Source of the DNA: Chara braunii
Taxonomy: Eukaryota > Plantae > Charophyceae
Length of the DNA: 64,000 bases
Assembly (NCBI GenBank): GCA_003427395.1
Contig: BFEA01000008.1
Location: 7,729,112-7,793,111, forward strand
Reading direction: 5' to 3'
Shown here: piece after piece, positions 25,186 to 38,482 of the stretch
Position numbering within the stretch: the stretch's first letter is position 1
Layout of the letters: each line of letters begins with the position of its first letter
The notes under the pieces: model-generated
Told to the model about the DNA's origin: nothing
Database searches by the model: none
Seen by the model: the letters and a program-made list of their open reading frames with translations, nothing else
Made by a program: the position numbers and the translations under genes

Positions 25186-28100
25186 TCGTTGATCAGTTGT
25201 GCAAAGATAGGAAGTGGAAAGATTGTCAGGTAGCCAACAGTAACCTGGAGCCTGGCCAGGCAGTGTAGCATTGTCATTGATCGGTTGTGCAAAGACAGGA
25301 AGTGGAAAGATTGTCAGGTAGCCAACAGGGCGTATAGACTGGCTACGTTAACTTCGATGAGCAGAGGAGAGATTAGCTGGGCGCATGGGATATTTGCATT
25401 AATCAGCACTGCGAGCAACAACTGGGATGAACTTCTGAACAAGCGAGTCTGTGTCTATGTCTCGGTCTCACCTAGGTGTAGACACTTCTACGTTGGAAAG
25501 ACAACTAGGGGTATTGACCGGCGATGGAAAGAGCATGCAAGTGCGGTACTGCATCACGAACACAGGCAACACAGGAGGCTCTACTCCTGGGTGGCGAAAT
25601 TCGGGCTACACAAGTACACTTGTATCCCAGTATGGTCGGGCGATGCTTGTAGTGTCGCGCAAGTAGAAAGGAAGCTTATTTAGAAGTGGAATCCCTACCT
25701 GAACACACACCACAGAGGAACGAAACAAAGAAGGCGAGTAAGCAACAAGAAGAGGAAACGCCGTAAGGTGGGCAAGTCTGAACCCAAATTAGTTTGTTTG
25801 GATGAACCTATGTTGTTTTCCTCACAGGATAAGGTAACCACGCAACTTTCACGTCTCATCAGACCAAAGGCTGTCATTGAATCTTTCAAAGGTAACCTTT
25901 GGGTTGAATGCTGGAAAGTTATAAAAAGAAAATTTGGAGACAGCGTGGCAAAGATTGGCGAAAATAAGAAGTTGATTAGAGACTGCCGATTAGAATTTGA
26001 ATCTGGATGTGTTTTTGAGGTTTCCTGCTGTGTTGAAAACACCTCTATGAGCATAAGGATTAAGAATAGATTAATCTCTCTGTTGCGGGCACCTTGGATT
26101 AGAGCCAAACTATATGGGTATTCCTTGACCAAAATCATCAAGATGTACTCTGGCATGAGACATGTTACATCTAAGAAGAGTCGAGGGATACTCAGAGGCT
26201 GTCTATCCAGGGTAGTTAACAAGAAGTTTCACATCAATATCCGAAGGCGTCTGATTGTTCGAATCCCATTTGCACCTGACATCAATTTACTACAGGTAAA
26301 CTCCGGACAGTTGGAGATATTCTCCACAATCATAGAAGGATGATTAAGGACAGACCACACTGCCCCTGTTCGGAATTCAATTTTCCCAAAGTTAACGAAC
26401 ATGTATCCTTTCGATTGTCTGAAATCAGTAACGACAGACTATTGTGCAATGCAAAGAACGTGCCTGTATACGCTGGGGAAGACAGCAAGAAAGCGGTCTG
26501 TACAACTATCTCCGCAACTATTGCTTCTCTTCCACGACGATACTGTCCGAATATCCTGAAGCCAATTGATCTGAACCTGGATAACTACCTGAAGAAAGAC
26601 ATCACTGCAGAACACGGGCTGACCGTACGAACTGTATATGAGTGGAAAAGGAAACTTAAACTACTGATATGCTCACCACTGGACCGAAATCCGGGGGAAA
26701 CATTTGTGCAATGCCCGCAAGTATCTTGGGATAAAATGCAGCAAATGTTCTTGAAAGCGCCTAACTACCAGATCATTGATGCCACGATGCAGGACAGACT
26801 TGACAACAGCCAGATGGAGTACAAGGAACTCGGACTGACTAAGTTCGCCCACTGGAACAGGAGTGGGCAGTATGGACATGCATATGTAATGCCAAAGGAT
26901 AAAGACGTACTGAAGAGATGACCAATCGTCCGCGCTTTTCAGGAGCCGTCCATCCAAGCCTCAAAAATTCTCTCAAGGTGCATAAACTTCCTAGTGAGGA
27001 TTTTACAGCTAGGATTCGGCAGGATGGGAACCAACGAACTTGTTGCTGAGATAAGCGAGATAAGCAAGAATGCAAGAAGTGTTTTTGGAAATCAGGTTAA
27101 CATTCTCTATGCAACCTTTGATGTTAAAGACATGTTCACATGTCTGGATCATACACACATCAAGAGTGCTATGGACTAGCTTGTCTGTGAACATCTAAAA
27201 TTGAATCACACACACATCAAAATCAAATTACAAGGAAGAAAGATTGAACTTGGGAAGGCAAAAGGCACGTGGGGATGGAAGACTGTTAAAATCACGGATC
27301 TTCCCAAACTACTGCATTTTGACATCTCACACTCCTATTTTCTTGTACAAGGTAAGATGGCGAAACAAACACTCGGGATTCCAATGGGAAAGGGCTCAAG
27401 CCCCCCTATTGCGAATTTGGTGTGCAATTTTGATGAGGTTCAGTGGCTAAAAACACTAGGGCACAGATGAACGATTCATTACAGGATTGCGTTTTGTTGA
27501 TGATGTTTTTATTGCTGTCGCATGTAGTATGGAGAAACGTCAGACTGCCCTTGATTGTGTTCAGCAGTTTTATAACTGCTATCATAACTCGCTTAAGCTT
27601 GAGGCGACTTCACAAATCACAGATGAAAAGAAGAAGTACCTGGAGACTAATATTATCCAGAACAAGAAAGGACCCCTCTTGAAGTGCTTACATCGTTTGA
27701 AAAATCAGGAAACACTCCAGGAGGGTTTTTTTGGTCGATTTCACACGATTAAGCATTTCAAGAGCTTTGGTCCCCTGAAGTCGAAAGAAATCACGATATT
27801 TGGAACGTTACACCGTATTCTCACTAACTCCTCGTGTCAGTCGAAAACGGTGGACGTGATTAAGTGGTTTTTTTTTGAAGCAAGGCAGTTGGGATACCCA
27901 ACGGAAATCTTCAGACACGCAGTGAATGCAATTCGAAGGACTAAGATGGGGCGAAAAGCAACAACAAGGACTACTGGGTAAACAATGGCAGTTCGACTCG
28001 ATGAACCTACAACGAATTTGGGCACGGATACACGTATTGGCGGGCCATGAGCCAACGAAGTATGCGCGAGGAATTTAGGGACTCCCTACTTCAATTTTCC

Positions 28101-28530
28101 GACACAGATCGTAACTGTAGGGTTTTGTAGTAGGAGTCAGCTAGGGAACAAGAAAACAATGATTTTTGGACATTTTGATGAACCTACAACGAATTTGGGC
28201 ACGGATACACGTATTGGCGGGCCATGAGCCAACGAAGTACGCGCGAGGAATTTAGGGACTCCCTACTTCGATTTTCCGACACAGATCGTAACTATAAGGT
28301 TCTGTAGCAGGAGTCAGCTAGGGAACGGGAGAACAATGGTTTTTGGACATTTTTTCAACTGTTTTTTCAAACCTGTAGTACGGGTACGAACGAACGGATA
28401 GCAGCAGACCGACGAAACTCTGGGAGTAATGATGGGAAGGCAGTGGGACCACGGGAAGGAGGATGTTCGACGGTGACTAGATGTGGACTTGGGGTTCTTG
28501 GAATGTAGGAACAACTTGAGGAGCAGCTAT
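25186..28530 (+). mobile_element. Penelope-like retroelement with N-terminal GIY-YIG endonuclease then RT (Naiad/Chlamys type), decayed
   Basis: GIY-YIG: CVY..FYVGKT..RRWKEH..E..LI*..PYLN. Linker: HCPC..H. RT: YVMPKDKD..*PIV, FDVKDMFT, QTLGIPMG..SPPIANL, RFVDD. Thumb: HFKSFGP..GTLHR..LGYP. Several stops and frameshifts; 3' tandem repeat. Confidence 0.9.
28000..28353 (+). repeat. 177-bp direct tandem repeat just after the PLE ORF (pseudo-LTR-like)
   Basis: gatgaacctacaacgaatttgggc...ttttggacatttt at 28000-28176 and 28177-28353. Confidence 0.85.
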
Positions 28531-28711
28531 ATATTCAGTATGAGAGACAAGGGACGTCGCCTGAGTGGACAAGGCAGAAGGGCGATGTTGGTGTGCATTA
28601 TGCATGCCGGTACTTCTGAGTTATGCACATTATGTCCTCCTCGAGAGTAAAGCCTCACATATTGTGCAAAATTTTTGAACGACATTCTCATTTTGCAGTT
28701 TTGTATCCACC

Positions 28712-28802
<91 letters not shown>

Positions 28803-29222
28803 NNNNNNNNNNNNNNNNNNNNNNNNNNNNNNNNNNNNNNNNNNNNNNNNNNNNNNNNNNNNNNNNNNNNNNNNNNNNNNNNNNNNNNNNNNNNNNNNNN
28901 NNNNNNNNNNNNNNNNNNNNNNNNNNNNNNNNNNNNNNNNNNNNNNNNNNNNNNNNNNNNNNNNNNNNNNNNNNNNNNNNNNNNNNNNNNNNNNNNNNNN
29001 NNNNNNNNNNNNNNNNNNNNNNNNNNNNNNNNNNNNNNNNNNNNNNNNNNNNNNNNNNNNNNNNNNNNNNNNNNNNNNNNNNNNNNNNNNNNNNNNNNNN
29101 NNNNNNNNNNNNNNNNNNNNNNNNNNNNNNNNNNNNNNNNNNNNNNNNNNNNNNNNNNNNNNNNNNNNNNNNNNNNNNNNNNNNNNNNNNNNNNNNNNNN
29201 NNNNNNNNNNNNNNNNNNNNNN

Positions 29223-29290
<68 letters not shown>

Positions 29291-29654
29291 TGACCGTCTC
29301 CATATTTCTGATATGCCCCGGTAGCTCCTCTCCCAGGGACAGGAAAGGCCGAGAGTGTAAACAACAGCCACAGGGGCATGTTGGAAAGATGCTCGGTACC
29401 GGTAGGGGCATATGGGAAATGTTTCTGCTGGTTCTCAACGACTATCTGGTAGGGGCATACTATAAATTTGGGAGAGGTACCGGTAGGGGCATATGAAAGA
29501 TGTTTCAGGCGCAAACGACACCAGAGGTTTTCTGGAAACATCATTCGTTGTTAGAGGGGCGCGACAGGGTAAGTTGGCCGTCAGAGGGGCACGCCACAAA
29601 TTAATCGAAATTTCAGAGGCATCTCAAAAATTTTCCCTTTTTTTTGTCGAGTTC

Positions 29655-32275
29655 CTTTTTTTTTTTTTTTTTAAACACCCCCTACAGTGTTAGTGGTGCT
29701 GGTAAGAGCAGACACCGCTACCACCTGGGGAGTGGCTCCATCTATTGGTGGGGAGCATAACCTGCTGGAAAGCGGGCCCAGCGTCCCATAAACATATCAA
29801 AATAGGGGTTGTGGGGGTTCTTGCCAGCATTGATTACCCTGGAGTACATGGGATTGACGGAGCAGGATACTGGAGGGAGGGGGGATCCTCTTCACCATGA
29901 AGCCGGCGCCTGATACCTGGTGTTGCATACTAGTTCCCCCCTCCCCCCACTATTGATTACTCTGAATTCCACAGTATGACTAAGTAGGACACCTTGTCCC
30001 CCTTTTGTTTAAAAGTGTAAGTTATTGAGATAGTGCTTGCTGGGAACCGGGCCCAACAGCTGGGTGCGCTAGGTAGGTGAAGTAGATGATGGTGCTGCTG
30101 CAGGAGATGCAAAAGCTAATGATGACCGCTGATCTCTGAGCTCCTTACTCCCGCCCGAACCATCGCATATCTACAATTGTTGTGGCTGCAAGGGGTAACA
30201 TATCAGGAAAATCCCCTAGACTCTATTGGGATCTCCGGATTGACTTGCAGCCATTTGTGAAACTGAAGTTTGTTATTTTTGGTGAATTCGTTGCTTTCCT
30301 TTTCATCCCCTCTTTCCCCACGACAACAGATGTGTGCTAACCTGCCTCCCTTTTCCCCTCCCAGCCAGTCTGCACAAAATTTACTGATTGATTTTGTGAC
30401 ATCTGCTTTCTGTGTTAAATGATTTAGCTTTCCTGTACGTTGTTCCACTGGACTCTTATTTTCGTTTCTATGAAGTGTTTGACTATCACTCCTACTTCCC
30501 CTTCTCCCATCCTGGCCCCTTCTTGATCAAACACACATCTCCTTGTCCATAACATCCATCAATTGTTCCAGCCTATTTGCTAAATTGCGGGCGTGACGCA
30601 GATAGGGTCTCAATTGTTGAGCGGATTTCCAATCCTTGGCTGTCCCCTACATGGAGGACCCCATTTTTAACCCACATTCTCCATTGGGGGTCCGAGCTGC
30701 TAAATACCCGGCCTAGCCGATCGGTAATGACTCTGTTTCCAAATAAGGGATGTCGTAAAACTTCTTCCATCCGTTTTGGGGGCGGGCTTGTCCGGGAGTG
30801 GTAACCTTCTCCAATCCTTGATTAAGTTGACCCATAATTTATCCTTTGCTAGGTCTTGTCTAACTGCTCCTCTATCTCTTTCATCTCGCGAGTGTGAATT
30901 TGCCCTGAGGATTGACTAGTAACGATTCTCAATCCAGGTCAGCGGGTCTATCCCCGGGGCTGTTCTAGGGGTCAGCCTACACATCTGTTCCTTGGCTAGG
31001 TTCTCCCAGGGGGACACTTTTGGAGCAGTCTCTTAAGCCATTGGATTGCCAAAGTTGTGGCTTGTAGATAACGATCCAACAGTCTCATTCTGCCCTTCGT
31101 TTTAGGCTGGATCAACATATCCCATGCCACCCGGCTTATCACATGTTGTAGGTCCGAGTCCCCCCTCCAAAGGAAAGCCGCTAGTCGTCACATTGTGGTG
31201 GAAAATCCTTATCCAGTCTCAAAATTTTGGTCCAAAGTTCATTTTCTGAAGGCATTTGTTTAGGAATCTCCAGTCCACATGGTCGTAAGCTTTCTCAAAA
31301 TCAATAAACACGATTGCAGCTTTTTGTTTTGTTTGTCTTGCAAGTTTTATTAGTTCATTGACTAATAGCATATTATCTTGGATGCTCTTGTTGCGCATGA
31401 ATCCAGTCTGCGCTGGGTGGATTATCTCCTCCAAGATGGGGATCATTCTGTTGGCCAGCGCTTTGGCCACCAATTTGTATACCACTGTGAGGAGGGTGGT
31501 TGGTCGGTAATTCCTTGTATTTGTTTTATCACCTTTTTTGTACAGTAGGATGAGGATTCCTTGACCCGCAAATTCTCCCATTTCTCCTGGCACCTTCACC
31601 TACCTGTAGTATTCCATCAGGTCCTCCGACATGGAGAACCACATTTCCTCCCAAAATTCTTTAGGAAGTTCGTTTTTCCCCGGGATCTTATCTTTTTCCA
31701 TCTGTAGGAGGGCGCTCCAGATTTCCTCTTTCCGTAGTGGTTTCTCCAGAGCCTCGCGTTGTTCGTGTGATATCCTTTTTGTAAAGGGGTCTAAAAATTC
31801 CTCAATCTCACCTTCCTTTGCTGGTCCTGGTTCCTTCGTCAGGTTGGAGGTGAAGAGGTCTTTGTAAAAATCCCTGACCACTTTTAGACTGTGGGTTGAT
31901 GAGAAAGAGATGACCTCCCGTGTTTTAACAGGGTCGTATAGACCTTCTATGACTGATCTTCTGACCCTTGTCTGGGCCAACGCAAAAAATCTTGCGTCCA
32001 TATGTCGTTTTACCGAGTGCTTCAATATTTTTTCTCTGATTATAGATCCCTGCCACCTTTCTTGTGCAAATTTCAATAGTTGTTCTTTGAGTTTTTGTAT
32101 TTCATTAGACTTTATTTGAGAGTTAGGGTGCCATGGTTGTTTCGGTTCATAGTTCTGAATTTTCTGTTGTATTTCCATTTCCTTAGCATATTTCTCTTTA
32201 GCGCGTATTTTGGAGAATTCATTGCATTTTCTGGCTAAAAAGGCCAGCTCATTGTTGAACCATGCAATCTGTGAG
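29655..32275 (-). mobile_element. 5'-truncated, internally deleted L1/Tx1-like LINE with poly(A) tail
   Basis: LYKKGDK..NYRP.TLL..YKL.AK, QTGF, FIDFEKAYDHVDW, FLWRG; T-run at 29655-29672; same family as 50696-53230. Confidence 0.88.
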
Positions 32276-33589
32276 CTGTGTTGGTCCTTTGTAGTGCACC
32301 AGTACTCCCATACATCCCTAAGGAACCTTTGAAATTTAGTACACGGAAAAACCTACTTACCGAGGTGATAAGAGCATCCCGGGAAGTAGGACCCTGCGTC
32401 GAAGGCTCCATCTATTGGTGGGAAGCTACACCTGCTGGAAATCGGGTCCAACGTCCCTATACAATGATGAGAATGTATCTGCTAGAAATCGGGTCCAGCG
32501 TCCTGTATAGTGATGTGAATGTATCTTCTGGAAATCGGGTCCAACGTCCCTATGCAAAGTTGTGTTCACAACTGCATCTACCTATGTATGCACGTTAAGC
32601 AATATATGTCAGAAGCGAAACCCTCGTCCCTATGCAAAGTTGTGTTGACAACTGCATCTACCTATGTATGCACGTTAAGCAATATATGTCATAAGCGAAA
32701 CCCTAACGAGGATGAGATATACTAACTTTTAGGAAAGACTCATTTTTTACTTTAAAGTTTTCTGGGCGGTATACTCCCGGGGCGAGGTCCCATTAGCAGT
32801 CGGATAGGAGTGCGGCCGATCCAGTGTGACAATGAGTGACAGTGGACTGACATGTTTATTACAAATTTATGGGCTGAGAAAACAGGAGAAAGGCAAAAGA
32901 AAAAAAAAGAAACAGAGACTTCCCACCGGAAATCACGGCAGAGTGCTTCCTAGCCGCTAGAGCACAAATGATCTCATGGTGGTGGTTGCAACAATAGTGA
33001 ACAAAGTAACCGCCACATTTTCTGGAATAAACTCGACTTCTGTCATCAGTGATCCTGACACCCTCCATATACTCCGTGATTGAAGGAGGGCTCCACCCAA
33101 AGAGATAAGTGCACAACAACAAGTAAAATACTGAAAATCTTATATCCAGTGGGCCTATGGCCAATCCCACCCTCTTTTGGGGTTGGCCACACCCCCAACC
33201 GATTGAAAAGATTCTGGTGGGAAACTTTCTTTGCAAGGGCATGCCCAGTGTTAAGGAGAGGAGGGGAACAAAGATCTCCTTACTTTTTACGGTAATACAT
33301 GTAAAATACTCCGTGGGATCACGAGTACTTCACAACAGGATTCGGGTTACTCAACTGCCCCACAAACTCGTTTCTATCCTATCCCGTTTTCTTCTTTTTT
33401 CTCTCTGTTTTTCGTTTGTTTTAGTTTGAAAAGGTAGAAAAAAAAAATAGTCCTTTTCTCATTGGGGGCAACCTTCAATCAGCAAGAAAATTGGTGTTAT
33501 CGACGTCATGACCCAAAGTTTTTTTCATGGTCAAGAGGACCCCCTTCTGAAAACCAAAATTGAAAAAGAAAAACGGAAGATTCTCTCCT

Positions 33590-34760
33590 TTTTTTTTTCT
33601 TTTTTTTTTAATAATGGGAACATGCTCCAATCTATTCGTGGGGAGCAACACGTGCTGGGAACCGGGCCCAGTGTCCCATTCAAGATCATATTGAGAAATT
33701 GAGAAATTTATGGAGAAATCCTTAAGATATAGGGGCCATTACCCGACTTCGACTAAAAAAGGCAACTGTGTAATCTACAAAGAACACTGAAATTCTCTAT
33801 CCCCCAAAGCTCGGATCAAAGGAGCAATCAAAATGAAAAAACCACCTGCCTTAAGGCCTTTCAGCAACCCAACCCTAACTGCCTCACCCCTATATCCCGA
33901 TGCCCAATCTCGGCCTTATGCCCCCAACTGCTAGGTTACAGAGTGGCACGACCCACTCCAGAAACCCCCCACCTTCTAGGCCATAGGGCAAAGTGACCCG
34001 CCCCGGCTCCGGCCAGCATCGAGTTGTTCTGGCCTCGTCTATCCGCAAACCACTGAGACTCAGGACTAAGGCAAATACCAGTCAAGCCACCAATCACCAT
34101 CATACCTCCCTTCATTCATCTCCTCCTTTTTTGAGAACTGATTTTTTTTTTTTTTGGAAACTATTAAAGCAATTCAGGAAAGCCATTAGTAAGTCAAAAA
34201 AAGAAGACGGTCACCACAGAAGTCTTTCGAATGCTCAGAAACCCCGGAGTTTCTAACAAAACCCTCTAAAATTCTCTGACACTGTCTTTTCCCTGTCGAG
34301 CTCTCCCAGGCCTCATGCCCCCACCCTGCTAGGTTATAGGGCAACACGACTCACCCCAGCTCTGGCCAGCGTCGTCCCGACAGCAACCCTTGGTTGTCCC
34401 TTAGAATTCCCGCCCCAAAGCACCCCCAGATCTCTCTACCAGGCCTCGTGCTCCTGTTATCAACAGGTGACAGGGCAACGCCCCAGCGCCGGCCAGCGTC
34501 GTTCTGGCATCGAACCACCGCAGATCCGTGAATAGAACAACATCAAAGAAGCCTAAAAAGAGTGGCAAGAAGTCCCCAGAATCCTAAGGCATTCTCAAGA
34601 CCACCAACCGAAAACAATGACTATCCCCATTCCGACAAGACTTATCGCAGCGGAGCCACCATCTCCGTTGCTGCTATGCCCTATTCCCGTCCTACCAACT
34701 AGCCCCCTCGCCAATAGGACGCATCGTATCCCTCCAACTAGTAACCCCACTTAGCCAAAC
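33590..34760 (-). mobile_element. Non-coding retroposon, same family as 23150-24125
   Basis: T-run, 3' motif at 33624-33677, repeated ctgctaggttacaggg blocks. Confidence 0.6.
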
Positions 34761-36270
34761 AGCACTCACCCCTGCCTATAAGACCCCGCCATGGAGGGGT
34801 GAGCTCTTCACCACCCTAATCAAAGTGTATCGAGCACGACCAGTGCAAAGATTCTCTTGTCAACCGTCACGTTCAGAGACCTTGCGGGCACACTAACGCA
34901 CTCTTGGACTTCATCAGCCTCCCACGTCCAAATCTTGAGCTTTAGCGACTTCTAACAGCCAACTTTTTGTTTCCTCGTCCTTTTTGGTGTTGCGCTGGTC
35001 GTTGGAGACCATTACTAGCATGCTAGTGGGAGCCGTGCCCCAGGGGACCTTTTGGGACCTCTGAAGTTGCCAACCCTTAACCTCTACCTTGGGTAATGCT
35101 AGGAGAACCCTTTTTTTTGTTGTATGACACTGAGCAGCTATTTTTTTAGAGTCACGGCACATACACCGCCACGACCTTCCGGGCCCGGGGAAGGGTCGTC
35201 AAGAAGTAGGCCGGTAGCATTTAGGGCAGAAATGGGAGTGTGTGGGTAGGCCAGTGCTGGATTTTCTGTGCAGCGTGGTCTGAAAGGGGGATGGCAACAT
35301 TTCAAAAAAGAAAAGTAAAATCAAATTCCGTACAATGGTACTGGCCCGTTGGCGACCTGTCTCGCTCACATGTGCACGGGCTCATTCGGCGTCCTCGAAA
35401 AATCATGCCGTGAAAAATCGCGTGGTGAAAATCGGCACGTTGTTACCCTCATGCCTGTGTATGTACGAGGGTTGTAATGAGGGCGGCTATGGTGGCCTGG
35501 TGCAGGGTCTACAGGGAAGTTGGAGAAGTCGGGCGCTCGTTGGCAGCGACAACGTCGGAGGTGTGCAGCTGAGAAATGGCCGTAGGTGTTTGTTGACGTG
35601 ACTGCACGTTTCCCCTCTAGAAGAAGGGCTCACTACGTTTGCTTGGACACATGACGACCGGGCAGGGCCCTGGGGGGACTCTGAAGAAGTGTACAGTGGC
35701 CAAGCTCTCATCTTGGAAGTCAGTGGACGTCAGTGGAGGCGGACGGAATCCTGTTCACTCCCCCTCAGCAATTCTTCTCTGGAGGCTGTAGGTTCACATT
35801 TCTTCAAAGGACTTACATTCATCCTCTTAGAAAGGGCAGAAGGGGTTGTCCCGGGATCTCCATGGCAATCAATGCTGTCAGGCCGCTGTTCATATATTAC
35901 TCCTTCATCAAACCTGCTCAGCTAATCCCCTGATCCCCCAGGGCAATCAATGCTGGCAGGGTGCAGTTCATATATCTCAGACAACCTCTGTATAAGGGGC
36001 GCTGGACCCGTTTTCTGGCAGGTGAAGCTCCCGACCAATAGATTGGAGCCTCCCCTAACGTGCTCGTGGTGTCTGCTTTTTACGAGCATCTCTAGCACCC
36101 GAAAGGCACGCTTTTTTTTTTTTTTTTTTTCCTTTTTCTTTTTTTGAAAAAAGAGGTGACTGTAGGATAGTGTCCATTCCAGGCCCTGAAGTGTGTGTGT
36201 GTGTGTGTGCGCGTGTGCGTGTGTTTTAGATTTCCCCCACAACAGCCCCAAATGAAGAGATTCAGAATCA

Positions 36271-36335
<65 letters not shown>

Positions 36336-36853
36336 GGTGGGTGTCTATGTGTTTCTTTATGTCCTCTTTCCTGTGCTGTCTGTCCTTGCCACTCTGGTTA
36401 TGGGTGAGTTTTGTGCATGTCTATGTCAACTCGGTCCTCGTGTGTGTGAAGACGGTGACGTGGGTGTCTGTGTGTGTGTGGCTATGGGAACTTTTTGACC
36501 GCGCAAGTGACACGATGCGTGGGCCAAACGGTACCCACAAGGGTAAAATTTTTTACTAAGACACAAAAGAAAAACAAAAAAAAGAAGGTACTGCCGTACG
36601 GCACTGTATGGCCGAAGCTTCCACAGCGGTACCATCGGACTTTTGGAATGTCCGACTCGTTGTCCAGAGGCAGAGGCCGAAGTCACTCGAAATCAGGTAC
36701 CAGTACCGCTACCCGAATTTCACACGAAAGGGCACTACTACCCCGAAGGGTTGGCAAGTATTGGCGCACAGGGCATTTCCAGGCTGGACCTGCAACAGCT
36801 GGGCGGGGTACTGGTGGTTTAAGAATTATTTTCCACCTTTTTGTAGCAAGGAA

Positions 36854-36925
36854 GATCCAGTGGCTCAGTTGGTGAGGCACACAAGTGCCATTTAGGAGAT
36901 TGTTGGGTTCGAGCCCAATGACCGC
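36854..36925 (+). other. tRNA-derived sequence (SINE head or tRNA pseudogene)
   Basis: A-box TGGCTCAGTTGG at 36861-36872; T-arm TTGGG-TTCGAG-CCCAA with B-box; anticodon and acceptor arms not canonical. Confidence 0.6.
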
Positions 36926-36975
36926 CTGCAGTGCACTTAGTGCCAACCAGCTGTATTAGTGGGGTCTTTGGCCAA

Positions 36976-37034
<59 letters not shown>

Positions 37035-37035
<1 letters not shown>

Positions 37036-38428
37036 GTTTTAAAAGACCCCAGGTTCTCTCTCTCATTCCCTTCGCAAATCATCACAAGCCATCCATAACG
37101 AAAAAGTATAGATACTAGATAGGCAATATAATAGAAAATGCAAGGTTGGCCACGGTTGTGTGGTTAAGCGCCAAGTGCCCACACACCTGTCTGCCGCCAA
37201 AGCGGCACACTTGCACATATACATATGTATACATTTATATTTCAAACCATAAGGGGATGGAGGGCAGAAGGCAACTTACCTAAGACAGAAGAGTACTCCA
37301 GCAAGAAGCCACCGACCCGACCACCTCAAAGGTCCGAAAAAACTTGGAGAGCCTTCCGCATTGGCCCACAAAACCAAAAACTCATTTACCAAAAACAATC
37401 AAATATAACAGCATTAGCATTCCCGACATTCATCTCAAACTACACACTCGCGCCACTGCCAAAGAAGAGGACGAAGATAAGAGACAACTTACCTAAGACG
37501 GAAGAATCCTCCAGCAAGAACACATCAACACCCCCGCTTCTTAAGGGTCCGAAAACACTGGGAAAGCCTTCCACGCCGGCCCACAAAACATACATTCCCC
37601 CCAAAGAGAACTCGTGGCCACACGTAAACATCCAAACAGCCCATGCTCTAAAGCAAGGCAAAGAATTAGGCCGTGTATAATCAACAAAACCAACAAGACA
37701 TATCCAACCACAAAAAGAGAGAACAGCTAAAAAACCCCAGATTCTCTCTCTCATTCCCTTCACAAATCATCACAAGCCATCCATAACGAGAAAGTATAGA
37801 TAGGCAATATAATAGAAAATGCTAGGTTGGCCACGCTTGTGTGGTTCAGCGCCATGTGCCCACACACCCATCTGCCGCCAAGCGGCACACTTGCACATAT
37901 ACATATGTATACATATATAGTCCAACAGAGCTGCCCGGTAAACCGTAGGCAGCGAAGGAGAAGATAACAACAAATGAGGGGCTGTGACAAACTGTTTCGT
38001 AGGAGTTTCACCGACTCATCAGGAGACTGTATTTCAAACCATAAGGGGATGGAGGGCAGAAGGCAACTTACCTAAGACAGAAGACTACTCCAGCAAGAAG
38101 GCACCGACCCGACCCCCTCAAAGGTCCGAAAAACTTGGAGAGCCTTCCGCATCGGCCCACAAAACCAAAAACTTATTTACCAAAAACAATCAAATATAAC
38201 AGCATTGGCATTCCCGACATTCATCTCAAACTACACACTCGCATCACTGCCAAAGAGGAGATAGAAGATAAGAGACAACTTAACCTAAGCCGGAAGACTC
38301 CACTAGCAAGAACGCACCGACCCCCCCTGCTAAGGGTCCAGAAACACTGGGAAAGCCTTCCACGCCGGCCCACAAAACATACATTCCCCCCAAAGAGAAC
38401 TCGCGGCCACCCGTAAACATCCAAACAG

Positions 38429-38430
<2 letters not shown>
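37035..38430 (-). mobile_element. Non-coding element family B: two ~690-bp tandem units between (TG)n tracts, with a degenerate hammerhead
   Basis: Units start ccccag.ttctctctctcattcccttc at about 37047 and 37735; (TG)n on both sides. Confidence 0.75.
37986..38040 (-). ncRNA. Degenerate hammerhead ribozyme
   Basis: Minus strand reads CTGATGA-GTCGG-TGAAACT-CCTAC-GAAA-CAGTTTGTC; core intact, one stem II mismatch, no good stem I. Confidence 0.6.

Positions 38431-38480
<50 letters not shown>

Positions 38481-38482
<2 letters not shown>

Noticed and set aside
26341-27470. In-frame TGA codons in the PLE as selenocysteine (known for some Naiads)
   Set aside because: TGA at 26919 sits where Arg of the RPI motif is expected (CGA>TGA); TAG stops and frameshifts are also present, so ordinary decay
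28385-28425. CCGACGAAAC after the PLE repeats, resembling the 3' half of the hammerhead
   Set aside because: No CUGANGA or pairing partner upstream; may be a remnant but cannot be supported
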